Assembly (NCBI GenBank): GCA_048938895.1
Contig: JBHLLU010000027.1
Coordinates: 1 to 54,550, forward strand
DNA from: Promethearchaeota archaeon
Lineage (GTDB): Archaea; Asgardarchaeota; Lokiarchaeia; Sigyniarchaeales; SOKP01
Length of the DNA stretch: 54,550 nucleotides
Direction of reading: 5' to 3'
The position numbers and the translations under genes were made by a program. Below the pieces are notes generated by a model that searched no databases, was not told the DNA's origin, and worked only from the letters and a program-made list of their open reading frames with translations. This document shows, in pieces, positions 39,829-50,725 of this stretch (within the stretch, counting starts at the first letter, position 1; each line of letters starts with the position of its first letter).

Positions 39829-41220
39829 TTAACCTGATGTTGCTTTTTTTCTCTTCACTGAATGCAATTTTCTTGCATCATCAGTTAATTGATTATACCT
39901 TTCTTTATTAATAGGAAAGAATTTCATTGCTATTATCCCAATAATTAGAAAGACAGTAGGAAAAATAACCATCAAACTCCGCAGGCCAATATTCGTAGCA
40001 CTAGTAAGTGTTTCTATATCAAAAATTGCCCAATCTGAGCCAATAAAGACTAAAGCAATTGAGAGAAAAACTACTACATTAGAAAATTTAATCACAAAAC
40101 CATTTATTCCATAAAAACTTGCTTCCCTTCTCACTCCTGTTTTTAATTCATCCTCATCAATTATTGCTGAAATAGTGACATCTCTTACAATCAACACTCC
40201 TGCTAAACCAAATCCTAAGATAAAAAAGAATATGAAACCTAAAAGAACTCCTTCTATAAATAGAAGTGGTAATAAGGTTAGTATGAAAACAACCATTGCT
40301 AACATATAGGAACCTTTAGCACCCAATTTATTTACAATTAAACGCCAAGGGAAGACAAATATCGCTGCTGCTATGAAACCTGCCCCAAGTATTAATGAAA
40401 GTGTGAATGCATCTGGTTCTCCTAAACATATACTCCCATAAAGCGGCATAATCGTGGGTATCATATTGAAGGCATACCATATGGCAAAGTTCCCAATTAC
40501 ATATAATTTAAATGATTTAAGGCTAAAAGTATACTTTAAGGCCTGAACAAAACCTGGAGCTTTTTCATGATCTTTAGAGAATTCAATTCTTTCCTTTAGT
40601 CCAAATAATATAAAGATAGAACCCCCTATCGCACAGATTATTGAAATCCAGATAGCTGCTAAGATGTATTGGGAATAAGAGCCAGGATCATCATATTGAT
40701 CAATAAATAAACCCGGTAAGATAAATGCGATTAATAATGAAATTACTTGAAAAAACTGAATAGATGTATTTGCTTTGGCTCTTTGATCGAGATCTCTAAA
40801 CATTTCTGGAAAGAGGCTTGTTTGATTAAGTGAATACATTGTATAGAATAATTCCCAGACAATTATAATGATTAAAAAATACATAAATGCTAATGATTTT
40901 GGGTCTCTTGGAACTGTCCATAATAAAACATTTACTACTAACAAGGGAATAAAACCAAGAATAATAAATGGCTTTCTGCGTCCCATTTTTAAATTTGAAC
41001 GGTCAGAAATTGCTCCTAGCATTGGATCATTAATTGCATTCCATATAGCCCAAATTATAAAACCAAGAGAGATTAATGCACTGTCTAATCCTACCACGGC
41101 AAAGTAAAATGTAAAGAGTAGGAACGTAAAAAATTGTAAGAAAATTACGTCTGTAAATCCCGCGAAACTGTAAAAAAATGCCTTCTTAAAACTATATTCT
41201 GTAGTTTCTTCAGTCATCAT
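39829..41220 (-). CDS. MFS transporter, glycoside-pentoside-hexuronide family
   Basis: WNAINDPxxGxxSDR..GRRKPF; DEDELKTGVRRE; about 12 TM. Confidence 0.9.
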   Translation of the reverse strand: MMTEETTEYSFKKAFFYSFAGFTDVIFLQFFTFLLFTFYFAVVGLDSALISLGFIIWAIWNAINDPMLGAISDRSNLKMGRRKPFIILGFIPLLVVNVLLWTVPRDPKSLAFMYFLIIIIVWELFYTMYSLNQTSLFPEMFRDLDQRAKANTSIQFFQVISLLIAFILPGLFIDQYDDPGSYSQYILAAIWISIICAIGGSIFILFGLKERIEFSKDHEKAPGFVQALKYTFSLKSFKLYVIGNFAIWYAFNMIPTIMPLYGSICLGEPDAFTLSLILGAGFIAAAIFVFPWRLIVNKLGAKGSYMLAMVVFILTLLPLLFIEGVLLGFIFFFILGFGLAGVLIVRDVTISAIIDEDELKTGVRREASFYGINGFVIKFSNVVVFLSIALVFIGSDWAIFDIETLTSATNIGLRSLMVIFPTVFLIIGIIAMKFFPINKERYNQLTDDARKLHSVKRKKATSG

Positions 41221-41459
41221 TTTTCACTTAGATTCACAATTTTGTTTGAAAATATTTTATTTATTATTTTGCTATTGGTATTAATAAAATATTCTTTTTG
41301 TCAAACTTGTGAAAAATATGAAAATTTGCATATATCAAAAGACCCTATCCTTAAGGTGTAAATTTGTCGAATTGCCACTAAACTACACGGGGCTTTCATT
41401 TTAAATATGTAATTGCTGCAATATATATCAAAGTGTAATTTTCTCCGAGATGAAGTAAT

Positions 41460-41921
41460 ATTTCAAAAGGTTTTTCTAACAAAGAAATTTCTGAAATTTC
41501 GACTCAGAGGAATCAAGATTTAATAAAATCTGTTAATTTAAATCAAATTGAGTCAATAAGCAAGAGGGAGAATTTTATATCCGATCTTGTCTCAGAGTTA
41601 TTTGATCATATTGATTCAAAAGAGTCTTTTGATTTTATTTCTGATTTATTGCTAACCTCCTTGACTATTTATAAAAAGAAATTTTCATTTGAAATTAATC
41701 CCATATCACAGGAAAAAGGCCTAATTCTAAATGGAAATATTTTGAATAACTTTCAAAAAGATAATAAAACAGAATATCTTTCTATTTCAAATGATATTCA
41801 TTCGATATTATCTAACTGCCCAGATTTAAGCAGCGATCAAAAACTAGATTATTGTAATAGTCAGAGATATTTCATGAAATTATATTTGAAAGAGCTGTTA
41901 ATTAAAATCAACCATAAATAA
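41460..41921 (+). CDS. Hypothetical protein; frame open from 41454, start uncertain (ATT 41460 or TTG 41649)
   Basis: Reading frame continues 65 codons upstream of the listed TTG to TGA at 41451. Confidence 0.5.
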   Translation: MSKGFSNKEISEISTQRNQDLIKSVNLNQIESISKRENFISDLVSELFDHIDSKESFDFISDLLLTSLTIYKKKFSFEINPISQEKGLILNGNILNNFQKDNKTEYLSISNDIHSILSNCPDLSSDQKLDYCNSQRYFMKLYLKELLIKINHK

Positions 41922-41977
41922 CTTTAGAATTAGAGAAAAATTAAGAAAAAAAGAAAAATAAAATTTTTAAAATCTTT

Positions 41978-42682
41978 TTAGCTTCTAAGACCTAGATAAA
42001 GCCAAATAGCGAAAGTCATTTGTAATCCTCGAATAATTCCTAAAATAGGACCAGGATCGAGTAGAGAATCTGAAGCTCCAGTAACTACAAAAATTATAAA
42101 TCCAATTGCTAAAAATATGAACTTCTTTCTTAATTCACCCGTTGCCTGTATACCTTTTATTAAAAAGCCAATACCTAAGAATACTAATGCCGAAACTAAG
42201 AAAAACGCAACTAATAAAAACGTTGGATGGCCACGATCAAAACTTGCTGATATTATAGTTTCACCTGGAGTTTCAGGAGCAAGATCTATAAACGAAGCAT
42301 TTGTATTAAACCACAGAAACATTTCAAAGAGAATTCCTAAAGCTACATAAATAACTACTAAGACCCATTTCCCTTTGGGCCATATGAGTTCACCACCAAG
42401 ATATATAGCAAAAACTAGAGTGGGAGCGACCCACATATAGCTTAAGAGAGCATATGTTCTATAAGGATCAATATTTTCCTCATACAATAACAGTAATATT
42501 AAGTCAACGGAGGGGCCCAACCACAATAATCCTACTAAAATCATAGTAAGGGCAGCAACACCAAGAAGTTTCGCCTTTAATTTTATTGCTTTATACAAAG
42601 TAAATAATCCGATTAAAACTGCTGATAGAACAATTCCTAGTGAAGTAAGACCATCTAACAAACCTTCTGGAGAAATAGCCAT
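41978..42682 (-). CDS. Stand-alone 7-TM membrane protein
   Basis: Seven hydrophobic segments counted by eye; long loop between TM4 and TM5. Confidence 0.7.
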   Translation of the reverse strand: MAISPEGLLDGLTSLGIVLSAVLIGLFTLYKAIKLKAKLLGVAALTMILVGLLWLGPSVDLILLLLYEENIDPYRTYALLSYMWVAPTLVFAIYLGGELIWPKGKWVLVVIYVALGILFEMFLWFNTNASFIDLAPETPGETIISASFDRGHPTFLLVAFFLVSALVFLGIGFLIKGIQATGELRKKFIFLAIGFIIFVVTGASDSLLDPGPILGIIRGLQMTFAIWLYLGLRS

Positions 42683-42857
42683 TTCTAGATTTACACCATT
42701 TTGTTTATAAAAGAATAATCTAAATTTTAAAATTATATATCTATTTATTTTGCTTCTATTTATAAATATATTTTTTGAAGATAAATAATAATTAAATGTT
42801 TGAAGCTGTTAGTCTAATAGTCTTCTAAGTATTAATATTTAAGTATCTTTTGTAAAA

Positions 42858-43400
42858 TCAAATTCTTCTATAAAAAAAAGTTGAAATCTTTTGTTGATAA
42901 AGATTCTGATCTAACTTGAATTTAAACTCTATTAACTGAATTAAACTTTCTAGTGGATATCTGTGAGAAATAATCGTAGCATTCCGTTTAACAGTCTGAA
43001 AGACATGATTAAGATATTTATGCATTGTTGGTAATGAATAAATGTAAACATAATCATATGTTTTTAAATTGTGGCAATAAAAATCACCAGTTATAATTTT
43101 AATTTTATTTTTTTTAAAACCTTTATCTAGCTTTAATGACTTAATAGCCTTTTTAGCTTCTTCTATTAAAACGGGATCAATTTCAATTCCTATTGACTTT
43201 ATTCCGTAGTTAACAGCACAATAAATAATGACTTGACCATTTCCAGAGCCTAAATCAATAAAAACTTGTTTAGAATTTTTTTTTAGATCGAATTCCCTCT
43301 TAAGAGTAACAAAAATATCCCTTAGAAAAAGGTGATTAGTTTCTTGGTATGGTAAGTCTAATTGAGAGTGAAATTTACCAGGTTCCATTTGATATCTCAT
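42858..43400 (-). CDS. Class I SAM-dependent methyltransferase (FAM173/DOT1-like)
   Basis: FIDLGSGNG, GIEID, GDF, YVYIY, SHRY. Confidence 0.8.
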   Translation of the reverse strand: MRYQMEPGKFHSQLDLPYQETNHLFLRDIFVTLKREFDLKKNSKQVFIDLGSGNGQVIIYCAVNYGIKSIGIEIDPVLIEEAKKAIKSLKLDKGFKKNKIKIITGDFYCHNLKTYDYVYIYSLPTMHKYLNHVFQTVKRNATIISHRYPLESLIQLIEFKFKLDQNLYQQKISTFFYRRI

Positions 43401-43501
43401 GCGTTATACAAATGATTTTCATAATCATTAGTTTTTGCTACATAATTAACTGTTATGGAAAAAGATTAACAAATTCATTCTGTGAGAAAAAAATTATGAT
43501 G

Positions 43502-45328
43502 TTATATATTATTTTCAATGTAATTTTTCATTTTTTCAATGAATTCAAGACTTTGGTGGCGGAAGTATGTATTATATAATCTAGCATAATATCCATTCTT
43601 TTGTAAAAGTGTATCATGGTTTCCTTCTTCTACAATTTTTCCATGGTCTAATACAATTATTCGATCTACATGTCTAACTGTAGTAAGTCTATGAGCAACT
43701 ACGATTGTTGTTCGTCCTTCCATAACTTTTTCCATTGCTTCTTGAATCTGTAGTTCTGTAAAAGGATCAACTGATGCTGTTGCCTCATCCAATATTAAAA
43801 TTGATGGATTCTGTAGTAAAACTCTCGCAAATACGACCAGTTGTCGTTGTCCCATTGATAACACTTTTCCTCTTTCCAAGATAAAGGTTTCAATCCCATG
43901 ATCAAGATTTTGAACCCAATCTATACCTCCAGACTGTTCTAAAGCCCATAATACATCTTCTCTTGTAGCATCTGGTGTACCGTATTTAATATTGTTCTCT
44001 ATGGTATCTGCCCATAGGAATGGGACTTGAGGTATAAATCCAATAGATCTCCTAAATTCCGATAATGAGATATCTCGTATGCTATGGCTATCAATACGTA
44101 CATCTCCTGATTGAAATTCATATAGGCGTAATAAAATCTTGGTCAGACTAGACTTACCAGCACCAGTGTGTCCAACAATAGCAACAGTCTCTCCTGGTTG
44201 GATGGTTAAATTAAAGTTTTCAAATACAGGATTATCTGGTATATATTCAAATTTTAAATTATCAAACTCTATCATTCCCTTTATTGAATCTAATACAAGA
44301 TCTCCCTGTTTAATATAAGATTGAGAGTCTTGCAGAGCAAATATCCTTTCTGCAGCTGCTAAACCTTCTTGGAACTGAGGCCAGAAACTAGCAATTTGAA
44401 GCAGAGGATTGAATAAAACTAAAGAACTCTGTAAAAATAGAAATATCTCTGGACCAGTTAGAACACCCTCAATCATAAAGTTCCCACCAAAAAAAATGAG
44501 TAAAGCATATAGAATAGCAATAAGAAAATCTAGGGATGGAAAGAGAATTGATAAATATAAGGCTCTACTCATATTCACTTTATATGATTGATCATTAATT
44601 GCCTGAAAATTCTCAAATTGACTAGCTTCTTGACGAAAACTTTTAATAATTTGAATTCCTGACATAGATTCTTGGACAAAAGCGTTTACTTGTGCTAAAG
44701 AACGTTGACCATACATAGATTTTCTTCTTGAAACTTTCTGAAAAGATAGTGTGAATGCAAAAACAATAGGAACCATAATCATAAATACCGCGGTTAATAA
44801 GGAACTAATAAAGATCATAGGGACGAGTACTATAATAAACATTAAAAAAGCTGCTAGTAATTCTGTGAACATGGTGATAGCTCCTCCGAATTTTTGTCCA
44901 TCTGAATTTATCCTACTTACTATCCTACCTGTCGGATATTTATCAAAAAAAGAGAGATCCTGTTCAAGAACTCTTAGATTTGTTTGCCTACGTAAATTAT
45001 AGCACACTCCATACACCATACGATTAGATGTACGTCTGTTTACATAGTTAAGAAGATATCCTAACGAATTTATAAAGAAGGTAATGACTATAATTAAGAT
45101 TAAAAATAATGGATCTGATTCCAATTCTAGTTGAATAATGATTAGAGTCATAAAATAGGGTGTTAAACCATAAGTAAATGATGAAAGAACCAGAGTAACT
45201 ATTACGATTGTCATTGAACGCTTATAAGGTTTAAATAATTTTACAACTCTTGAAACTAATTCCCTATCTGAATAGATTCTATCATAACCCTCTTCGTCTA
45301 ATCCAAAGTAACCCATTCTTCTAGCCAT
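43502..45328 (-). CDS. ABC exporter, fused TMD-NBD, subunit with consensus Walker B
   Basis: GHTGAGKS, LSMGQRQ (degenerate signature), ILDEAT, AHRL. Confidence 0.93.
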   Translation of the reverse strand: MARRMGYFGLDEEGYDRIYSDRELVSRVVKLFKPYKRSMTIVIVTLVLSSFTYGLTPYFMTLIIIQLELESDPLFLILIIVITFFINSLGYLLNYVNRRTSNRMVYGVCYNLRRQTNLRVLEQDLSFFDKYPTGRIVSRINSDGQKFGGAITMFTELLAAFLMFIIVLVPMIFISSLLTAVFMIMVPIVFAFTLSFQKVSRRKSMYGQRSLAQVNAFVQESMSGIQIIKSFRQEASQFENFQAINDQSYKVNMSRALYLSILFPSLDFLIAILYALLIFFGGNFMIEGVLTGPEIFLFLQSSLVLFNPLLQIASFWPQFQEGLAAAERIFALQDSQSYIKQGDLVLDSIKGMIEFDNLKFEYIPDNPVFENFNLTIQPGETVAIVGHTGAGKSSLTKILLRLYEFQSGDVRIDSHSIRDISLSEFRRSIGFIPQVPFLWADTIENNIKYGTPDATREDVLWALEQSGGIDWVQNLDHGIETFILERGKVLSMGQRQLVVFARVLLQNPSILILDEATASVDPFTELQIQEAMEKVMEGRTTIVVAHRLTTVRHVDRIIVLDHGKIVEEGNHDTLLQKNGYYARLYNTYFRHQSLEFIEKMKNYIENNI

Positions 45329-45333
45329 TTTTA

Positions 45334-47166
45334 TTATTCATCTCCTAATAGTTCATTCAAAGACTTATCGAATCGTTTAATAAAGATTTTTTGATATTCT
45401 TTTGAATTTTTAAGTAGATATTCATGTGAACCTTGATTTACAATTTCTCCTTGATTCATAACCAAAATTAAGTCTGCCCATCGAATCTGGGAAAGTCTAT
45501 GAGTAATTATAAAGGTAGTTCTTCCTCGTAAAATCTTAAATATTGCCTCTTGGATTTTTTCTTCAGTTTCTGAATCTATAGCAGAGCTCGAATCATCTAA
45601 AATCAATATTTTAGGATCTGAAAGGAATGCACGCGCAATCGCAACTCGTTGACGCTCTCCTCCACTTAGTTGCACGCCTCTTTCTCCTACTTCTGTTTGA
45701 TACATGTCTGGTAAATCCTTTATAAATTGATGAGCTTGTGCTTCTTGAGCTACGGCAATAACTTGTTCTTCTGAAGTTTCTCGACCAAATGAGATATTAT
45801 CTAATAAAGAATCAGAAAAGATAAAAATGTCTTGTTCTATATATGCAATTTGATCTCGAAGAGATTGTAAAGAGAGACTTCTTACATCGATTCCATCAAT
45901 TAAAATTCGACCTATGTCAACGTCATATAATCTTGAAATTAATTTTGTAAGAGTAGTCTTCCCAGAACCTGTTGTGCCTACTATTGCTACAGTTTGTCCC
46001 TCGGAAACTTCAAAATTGATATTTTTTAAGACTTTATTTTGTGTACCTGGATATGAAAAAGTAACATTCTCAAATTTAACTCTTCCCTCTATTTCTTTTG
46101 AAACTACATCAGGGGAATCATAAATTTCTGATTGTTCATTCATAATTTCTAGCAACCTCCCTGCTCCTACAATAGCTTCTTGTGCCATTAAGAAAGACCT
46201 TATTGAAGCATTAACAGGAAACCGCAATCGTAATAGTAGTCCTACTAAGCCAATTATCTGACCAATTGTCAATAATTCCGCTTTATTATAGATTACACCT
46301 ATCGTTAAACCCAAGGTAACTGTTACTGAAAGTAGAAGTATAGGAAGATATTTCGCTTGTATATCTCCTTGTTCAATTCCTGCATCTCGATAACTCAATG
46401 CACTTTCTTTATATTTCTCAACACTATCCTCTTCCCGAGCCATGGATTTAACAACTTCAATCCCACTTAAGGATTCATTTAATACAGTATTCATGAAACC
46501 AAAAGCGACTCTCCTTCTAATAGTTGGGGGTGCCAACTTCCTTAAAAAACTTCTTAAATAAATGATAAAAATGATACTAAAAATAATTGGGAGTATCATT
46601 AATTCGAGCCTATAAATGGTACCAATTAAACAAATTGGTACAATTAAGTTGATAAAAGCATCGAAAATCATTGCCAGCGCAGGTGATATTAGGAAATTTA
46701 AATTTCTCACATCACCAGTCGCTCGAGCCATGATATCCCCAATTCTTTGATTATCATGAAATGATTGACTTTTACCTAGTAGACTTAAATAGAATTCTCT
46801 TCTCACATCTCTTTCTAATCTCTGAGCTACAATTTCTCGAAAAGTTCTGGCTAATAATCCTGCAGTGGGCGTTCCCAATCCTATAAGCAACACAATAATT
46901 GTATAACTAATTACATATTCAGATTTTCCGAGTGAGAAGATGTCAATAGCCTTTCCGATTATAATATAAATATATGACCCAAAAAACGTTATAAAGACAA
47001 CTAAAGTGAAGTAAAGTGCCATTAAATATTTATTAGATTTATAAAGAATATGTTTAATTATCCAACGTTTAGTACTCTTGCGTCTAGCTTCTAAAAAATC
47101 ATCTTCCTCTAAAATAAACTCTGAATCATTTCTCAACTCTTGATGTTGTAAACCACTCTTTCTCAA
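45334..47166 (-). CDS. ABC exporter, fused TMD-NBD, partner subunit with degenerate Walker B
   Basis: GTTGSGKT, LSGGERQR, ILDDSS; TM287/288-type heterodimer arrangement. Confidence 0.93.
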   Translation of the reverse strand: MRKSGLQHQELRNDSEFILEEDDFLEARRKSTKRWIIKHILYKSNKYLMALYFTLVVFITFFGSYIYIIIGKAIDIFSLGKSEYVISYTIIVLLIGLGTPTAGLLARTFREIVAQRLERDVRREFYLSLLGKSQSFHDNQRIGDIMARATGDVRNLNFLISPALAMIFDAFINLIVPICLIGTIYRLELMILPIIFSIIFIIYLRSFLRKLAPPTIRRRVAFGFMNTVLNESLSGIEVVKSMAREEDSVEKYKESALSYRDAGIEQGDIQAKYLPILLLSVTVTLGLTIGVIYNKAELLTIGQIIGLVGLLLRLRFPVNASIRSFLMAQEAIVGAGRLLEIMNEQSEIYDSPDVVSKEIEGRVKFENVTFSYPGTQNKVLKNINFEVSEGQTVAIVGTTGSGKTTLTKLISRLYDVDIGRILIDGIDVRSLSLQSLRDQIAYIEQDIFIFSDSLLDNISFGRETSEEQVIAVAQEAQAHQFIKDLPDMYQTEVGERGVQLSGGERQRVAIARAFLSDPKILILDDSSSAIDSETEEKIQEAIFKILRGRTTFIITHRLSQIRWADLILVMNQGEIVNQGSHEYLLKNSKEYQKIFIKRFDKSLNELLGDE

Positions 47167-47346
47167 ATAATAATTTCCTCAAGTTAAAATAAATTTTACA
47201 CTAATTATAATGGATAAAGAGTGGAAGAAATTAAGTTTTTCTATTAGTATTTTAAAAAAGAAAACTTACAATTTCACAAAATTTAACTCTAAATGTAACT
47301 CTTAACTTAAGTACAAAATTACCATTTAATATTTTGGTTTTTTATT

Positions 47347-48348
47347 ATGGTTTCCATATTAGTAACAGGTGGAACGGGATTCATAGGTATCCCACTAGTA
47401 AAAAGGCTTCATGAATTGGGTCATAAATTAAAATTACTAGTTAGAGAAAGCAGTGATATTACCCCGTTTGAAGGATTAGAAAATATTGAGTATACCATTG
47501 GGGATGTAAGAGATATAGAAAGTTTATATAAGGCAGTAAATGGAGTCAATTTAATCTATCATCTCGCAGGATATACTAAGATGTGGGCAAAAGATAAATC
47601 AGTTTTCGAGGATACTAATATTACTGGTGCGAAGAACATTGCAAAAGTTGCACTTGAGAAAGGAATTAGACTTATCTACATCAGTTCGTTTATCGCATTG
47701 GGTGCAACTCCCATCGAACCAGTTGATGAAATGTTTGAAAGCGAAGAAGGTTTACTACTGGATTATGCAAAAACCAAGTTTCAAGCTAAGAAAGTAGTTA
47801 AGAACTACATTAATAAAGGATTAAATGCAATGATTTTTTATCCTGGTATAGTCTATGGTCCAGGAGACTTCAATGTTTTTGGTCAAACTATTTTTGATAT
47901 TACTAGAAAGAAATTTCTAGGTTGCCCTGGAAGGGGTGATGCTATAGGAAGCTTTGTTTACGTTGAAGACGTTGTTGATGGATTTGTAAGTGTAATTGAA
48001 AGGAATGATTTAAATGGCGAAGAGTTCATTCTTGGGGGAGTAAATGTAAAGTTCGGAGATTGGATTAACATGATTTCTGAGATTGTCGGAAATAAGAAAA
48101 ATCCTCGCCATTTCCCAATGAGTCTAGCTAATTTTTATGGCTGGCTTTGTGAAGTTAAAACGAAAATTACCAAAAAGATGCCCTATATCAACAGATCTAC
48201 TGTCAAAATGATTAATCATAATTGGTCTTATTCTTCTGATAAAGCCATAAACAAACTTAATTATAAAATTACTCCATTAGTAGTTGGCTTACAAAAAACC
48301 ATTTCTTGGTATAGAGAATATAATGAATCTCAAAATAAATTAAAATAA
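47347..48348 (+). CDS. NAD-dependent epimerase/dehydratase (extended SDR)
   Basis: TGGTGFIG, HLAG, YxxxK (YAKTK), VYGPGD. Confidence 0.9.
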   Translation: MVSILVTGGTGFIGIPLVKRLHELGHKLKLLVRESSDITPFEGLENIEYTIGDVRDIESLYKAVNGVNLIYHLAGYTKMWAKDKSVFEDTNITGAKNIAKVALEKGIRLIYISSFIALGATPIEPVDEMFESEEGLLLDYAKTKFQAKKVVKNYINKGLNAMIFYPGIVYGPGDFNVFGQTIFDITRKKFLGCPGRGDAIGSFVYVEDVVDGFVSVIERNDLNGEEFILGGVNVKFGDWINMISEIVGNKKNPRHFPMSLANFYGWLCEVKTKITKKMPYINRSTVKMINHNWSYSSDKAINKLNYKITPLVVGLQKTISWYREYNESQNKLK

Positions 48349-48372
48349 AACAATAAGAATTAGGCTGTTATA

Positions 48373-49872
48373 ATGAAGTTGGATATTTTAGATAAATACA
48401 CTGGAGAACTAATAGATTCTCTTGAAGCCGACACAGAGGAAACAATAAAAGAAAAGATACAGAGAACAGCAAAATGGGAAAATAAATTATTAAATACATC
48501 TCTTGATGAGAGACTTGATACAATAAAAGATATTGCGACTGTTCTTATCAAAGACAAGGAAAAAATTAAAAATGTAATCGTTGCAGAGGGTGGACTTCCT
48601 GTTAAATATTCCGAATGGGAATTTCAGATGATAACCAAGGCTTACAATAATATTGATTGGTTACTTGAGAGTGGAATATTTCCTCTTAATGATGAGAAAA
48701 TTCCTGATCTTGAGACAAATAGACTATCAGTAATCAAAAAACAACCAATGGGACTAACTATAGGAATAACTCCTCGGAACACTCCCATGAGTTTACCTAT
48801 GTATTTTTGGGGTGCGAGTTTCTTGACTGGTAATCCTGCTATTATTAAACCTTCAACAGCATGTCCATTAACTATGAAATATTGCATTGATAGAATTAAT
48901 GAAAGCAATTTCCCCTTCAATGATGCCTATGATCTTGTTATTAGTCCTGGAGATTTTGCCACTAAAATATTTATTGAATCAAATTTAGTTAAAAATATTA
49001 TATGTGTAGCAGCTTCACATACAGCTAAACAAATTCTGATTGATTACTCAGACTTTTTGAAAAAAAACGTTCAAAAGTATCTAGGAGTGAATATGATAAC
49101 TCAACCGTTTAAAAATTTTGTATTTGAATGTGCAGGAAATGACGCAGGAATAGTTATGCCTGGGGTAAATTTAGATTTAGTAGCTAAGTGGAACATTATT
49201 GCTTCTTATACTAATTCTGGACAACAATGCTTTTCAATGAAAAGGATCATCGTCCATGAAGATATATATGATGATTATGTTGAATTACTTCAAAAAGAAA
49301 TAGAAAAATTGAAGATGGGTGATCCACGAGATCCTCAAACAGACTTAGGACCCCTTGGTTCTCGTCGAATTTTGATGATGATGGAGGTTATGGTTAATGA
49401 AGCACAAGAACATAAAGGGGTAAAAATTCTATGTGGGGCTGAAAAGATCGATACAGGAAAAAGCTATGGGCTCTTCTATAAACCAACTTTAGTTGAAATT
49501 CCAAGACAAAATATTCTTGATTTTAACCAAGCTCCATTTTTATGGCGTGAAGAAGCTTTTGGACCTGTAAGAAGTATTACAAAAGCAAAAAATCTCGAAG
49601 ATGCAATTTTTCTTGCAAATCATTCCAATTACGGAATGAGAGCTGTCGTATATACACCCTCTGAACATATCGAAAAATTTTCAAGAGAATTACAAGCTGG
49701 AAGCTTATATATAAATTCAGAACCAATGCAAGCTAATATCAGCACTGCATTAGGAGGTTGGAAAGATAGTTCTTATCCCCCTGGTATAAAATATTACCCT
49801 CAAGAAATGGTTCAAACCAAAATTATCTATAACGGTTCTGAAAAAATGGAGAAACAATTATTTAATTCCTAA
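48373..49872 (+). CDS. Aldehyde dehydrogenase family protein
   Basis: ITPRN, GN..IIKPS, FECAGND, NSGQQC (catalytic Cys), EEAFGP, ANxSxYGM. Confidence 0.9.
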   Translation: MKLDILDKYTGELIDSLEADTEETIKEKIQRTAKWENKLLNTSLDERLDTIKDIATVLIKDKEKIKNVIVAEGGLPVKYSEWEFQMITKAYNNIDWLLESGIFPLNDEKIPDLETNRLSVIKKQPMGLTIGITPRNTPMSLPMYFWGASFLTGNPAIIKPSTACPLTMKYCIDRINESNFPFNDAYDLVISPGDFATKIFIESNLVKNIICVAASHTAKQILIDYSDFLKKNVQKYLGVNMITQPFKNFVFECAGNDAGIVMPGVNLDLVAKWNIIASYTNSGQQCFSMKRIIVHEDIYDDYVELLQKEIEKLKMGDPRDPQTDLGPLGSRRILMMMEVMVNEAQEHKGVKILCGAEKIDTGKSYGLFYKPTLVEIPRQNILDFNQAPFLWREEAFGPVRSITKAKNLEDAIFLANHSNYGMRAVVYTPSEHIEKFSRELQAGSLYINSEPMQANISTALGGWKDSSYPPGIKYYPQEMVQTKIIYNGSEKMEKQLFNS

Positions 49873-50618
49873 ACAGAATCTATAAGTTCTTTTAAACTTG
49901 TAATTACTTTTACATTTTTAGTTTCATTATTTAATACTTTTTTATCAACTAATGATTTGCTTACACTATAATCATATAACAGTTCATCTCCACCATCGAT
50001 TTCGCGTTGGATTAGAATGGGGCGTATATCTGCCCGAATAGCAGCGGTGATATCATCTTTTGTATCTCCAATGTAACATACTTCACTAGGTTTTAAATTT
50101 GTTTCCTTAAGAGCAAATGAAAAAATTGCTGGATTTGGCTTTTTAACACCTACTTCACTGGAGATAATAATGGAATCGAAAAAATGATCAAGTTTAAGCT
50201 TAGTTAAAAGTGAATAAATATGAGGTGGATGATCAAAATTAGAGATTAATGCAACAATATTATTTCTTTTCAAAACTTCTAACACAGGTATTGCATTTGG
50301 ATCCAATGGTACATATCTTTGCCAAACATTCATAGCTTCTTGGGAAACACTTCTGATTTCTTCAGGTTTTACTTCTAATCCTAATTCAATAGATAAAGCA
50401 TAGATCCTTTTTTCGAATACTGTTAAATTCATACTCTTGTAATTAGGTTCAGGTTTATTCATAATTCCATCACATTCCACAGCAAAAGTACTTTTTGGTT
50501 TAGTATAGCCAAATCTCTTGAAGTTTTCATAGAGTGAAGACAACCAATCTTCCCAAGCTTTACGACTATTAGTATAAATCATTAATGTACCGAAAAAATC
50601 GAAAATAACTCCCCGCAT
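49869..50618 (-). CDS. HAD-family hydrolase
   Basis: FDFFGTL, ISN, KP, IGD...D. Confidence 0.88.
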   Translation of the reverse strand: MRGVIFDFFGTLMIYTNSRKAWEDWLSSLYENFKRFGYTKPKSTFAVECDGIMNKPEPNYKSMNLTVFEKRIYALSIELGLEVKPEEIRSVSQEAMNVWQRYVPLDPNAIPVLEVLKRNNIVALISNFDHPPHIYSLLTKLKLDHFFDSIIISSEVGVKKPNPAIFSFALKETNLKPSEVCYIGDTKDDITAAIRADIRPILIQREIDGGDELLYDYSVSKSLVDKKVLNNETKNVKVITSLKELIDSV

Positions 50619-50725
50619 TACAAAAACTTTTCATATTTTGAATATAATGATATAACACAAACAAAGCAAGATTTATATCTTTTCTCAACTGAAATAGATC
50701 TATTAAAATTAAAGTGTAAAAGATA

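Noticed and set aside
41335-41400. Resemblance to a tRNA, vault RNA (A-box plus UUCGAC) or the RNase P/MRP P4 helix (ACACGGGGCU)
   Set aside because: No cloverleaf, anticodon arm or acceptor stem, and far too short for RNase P/MRP; kept only as an unassigned structured element
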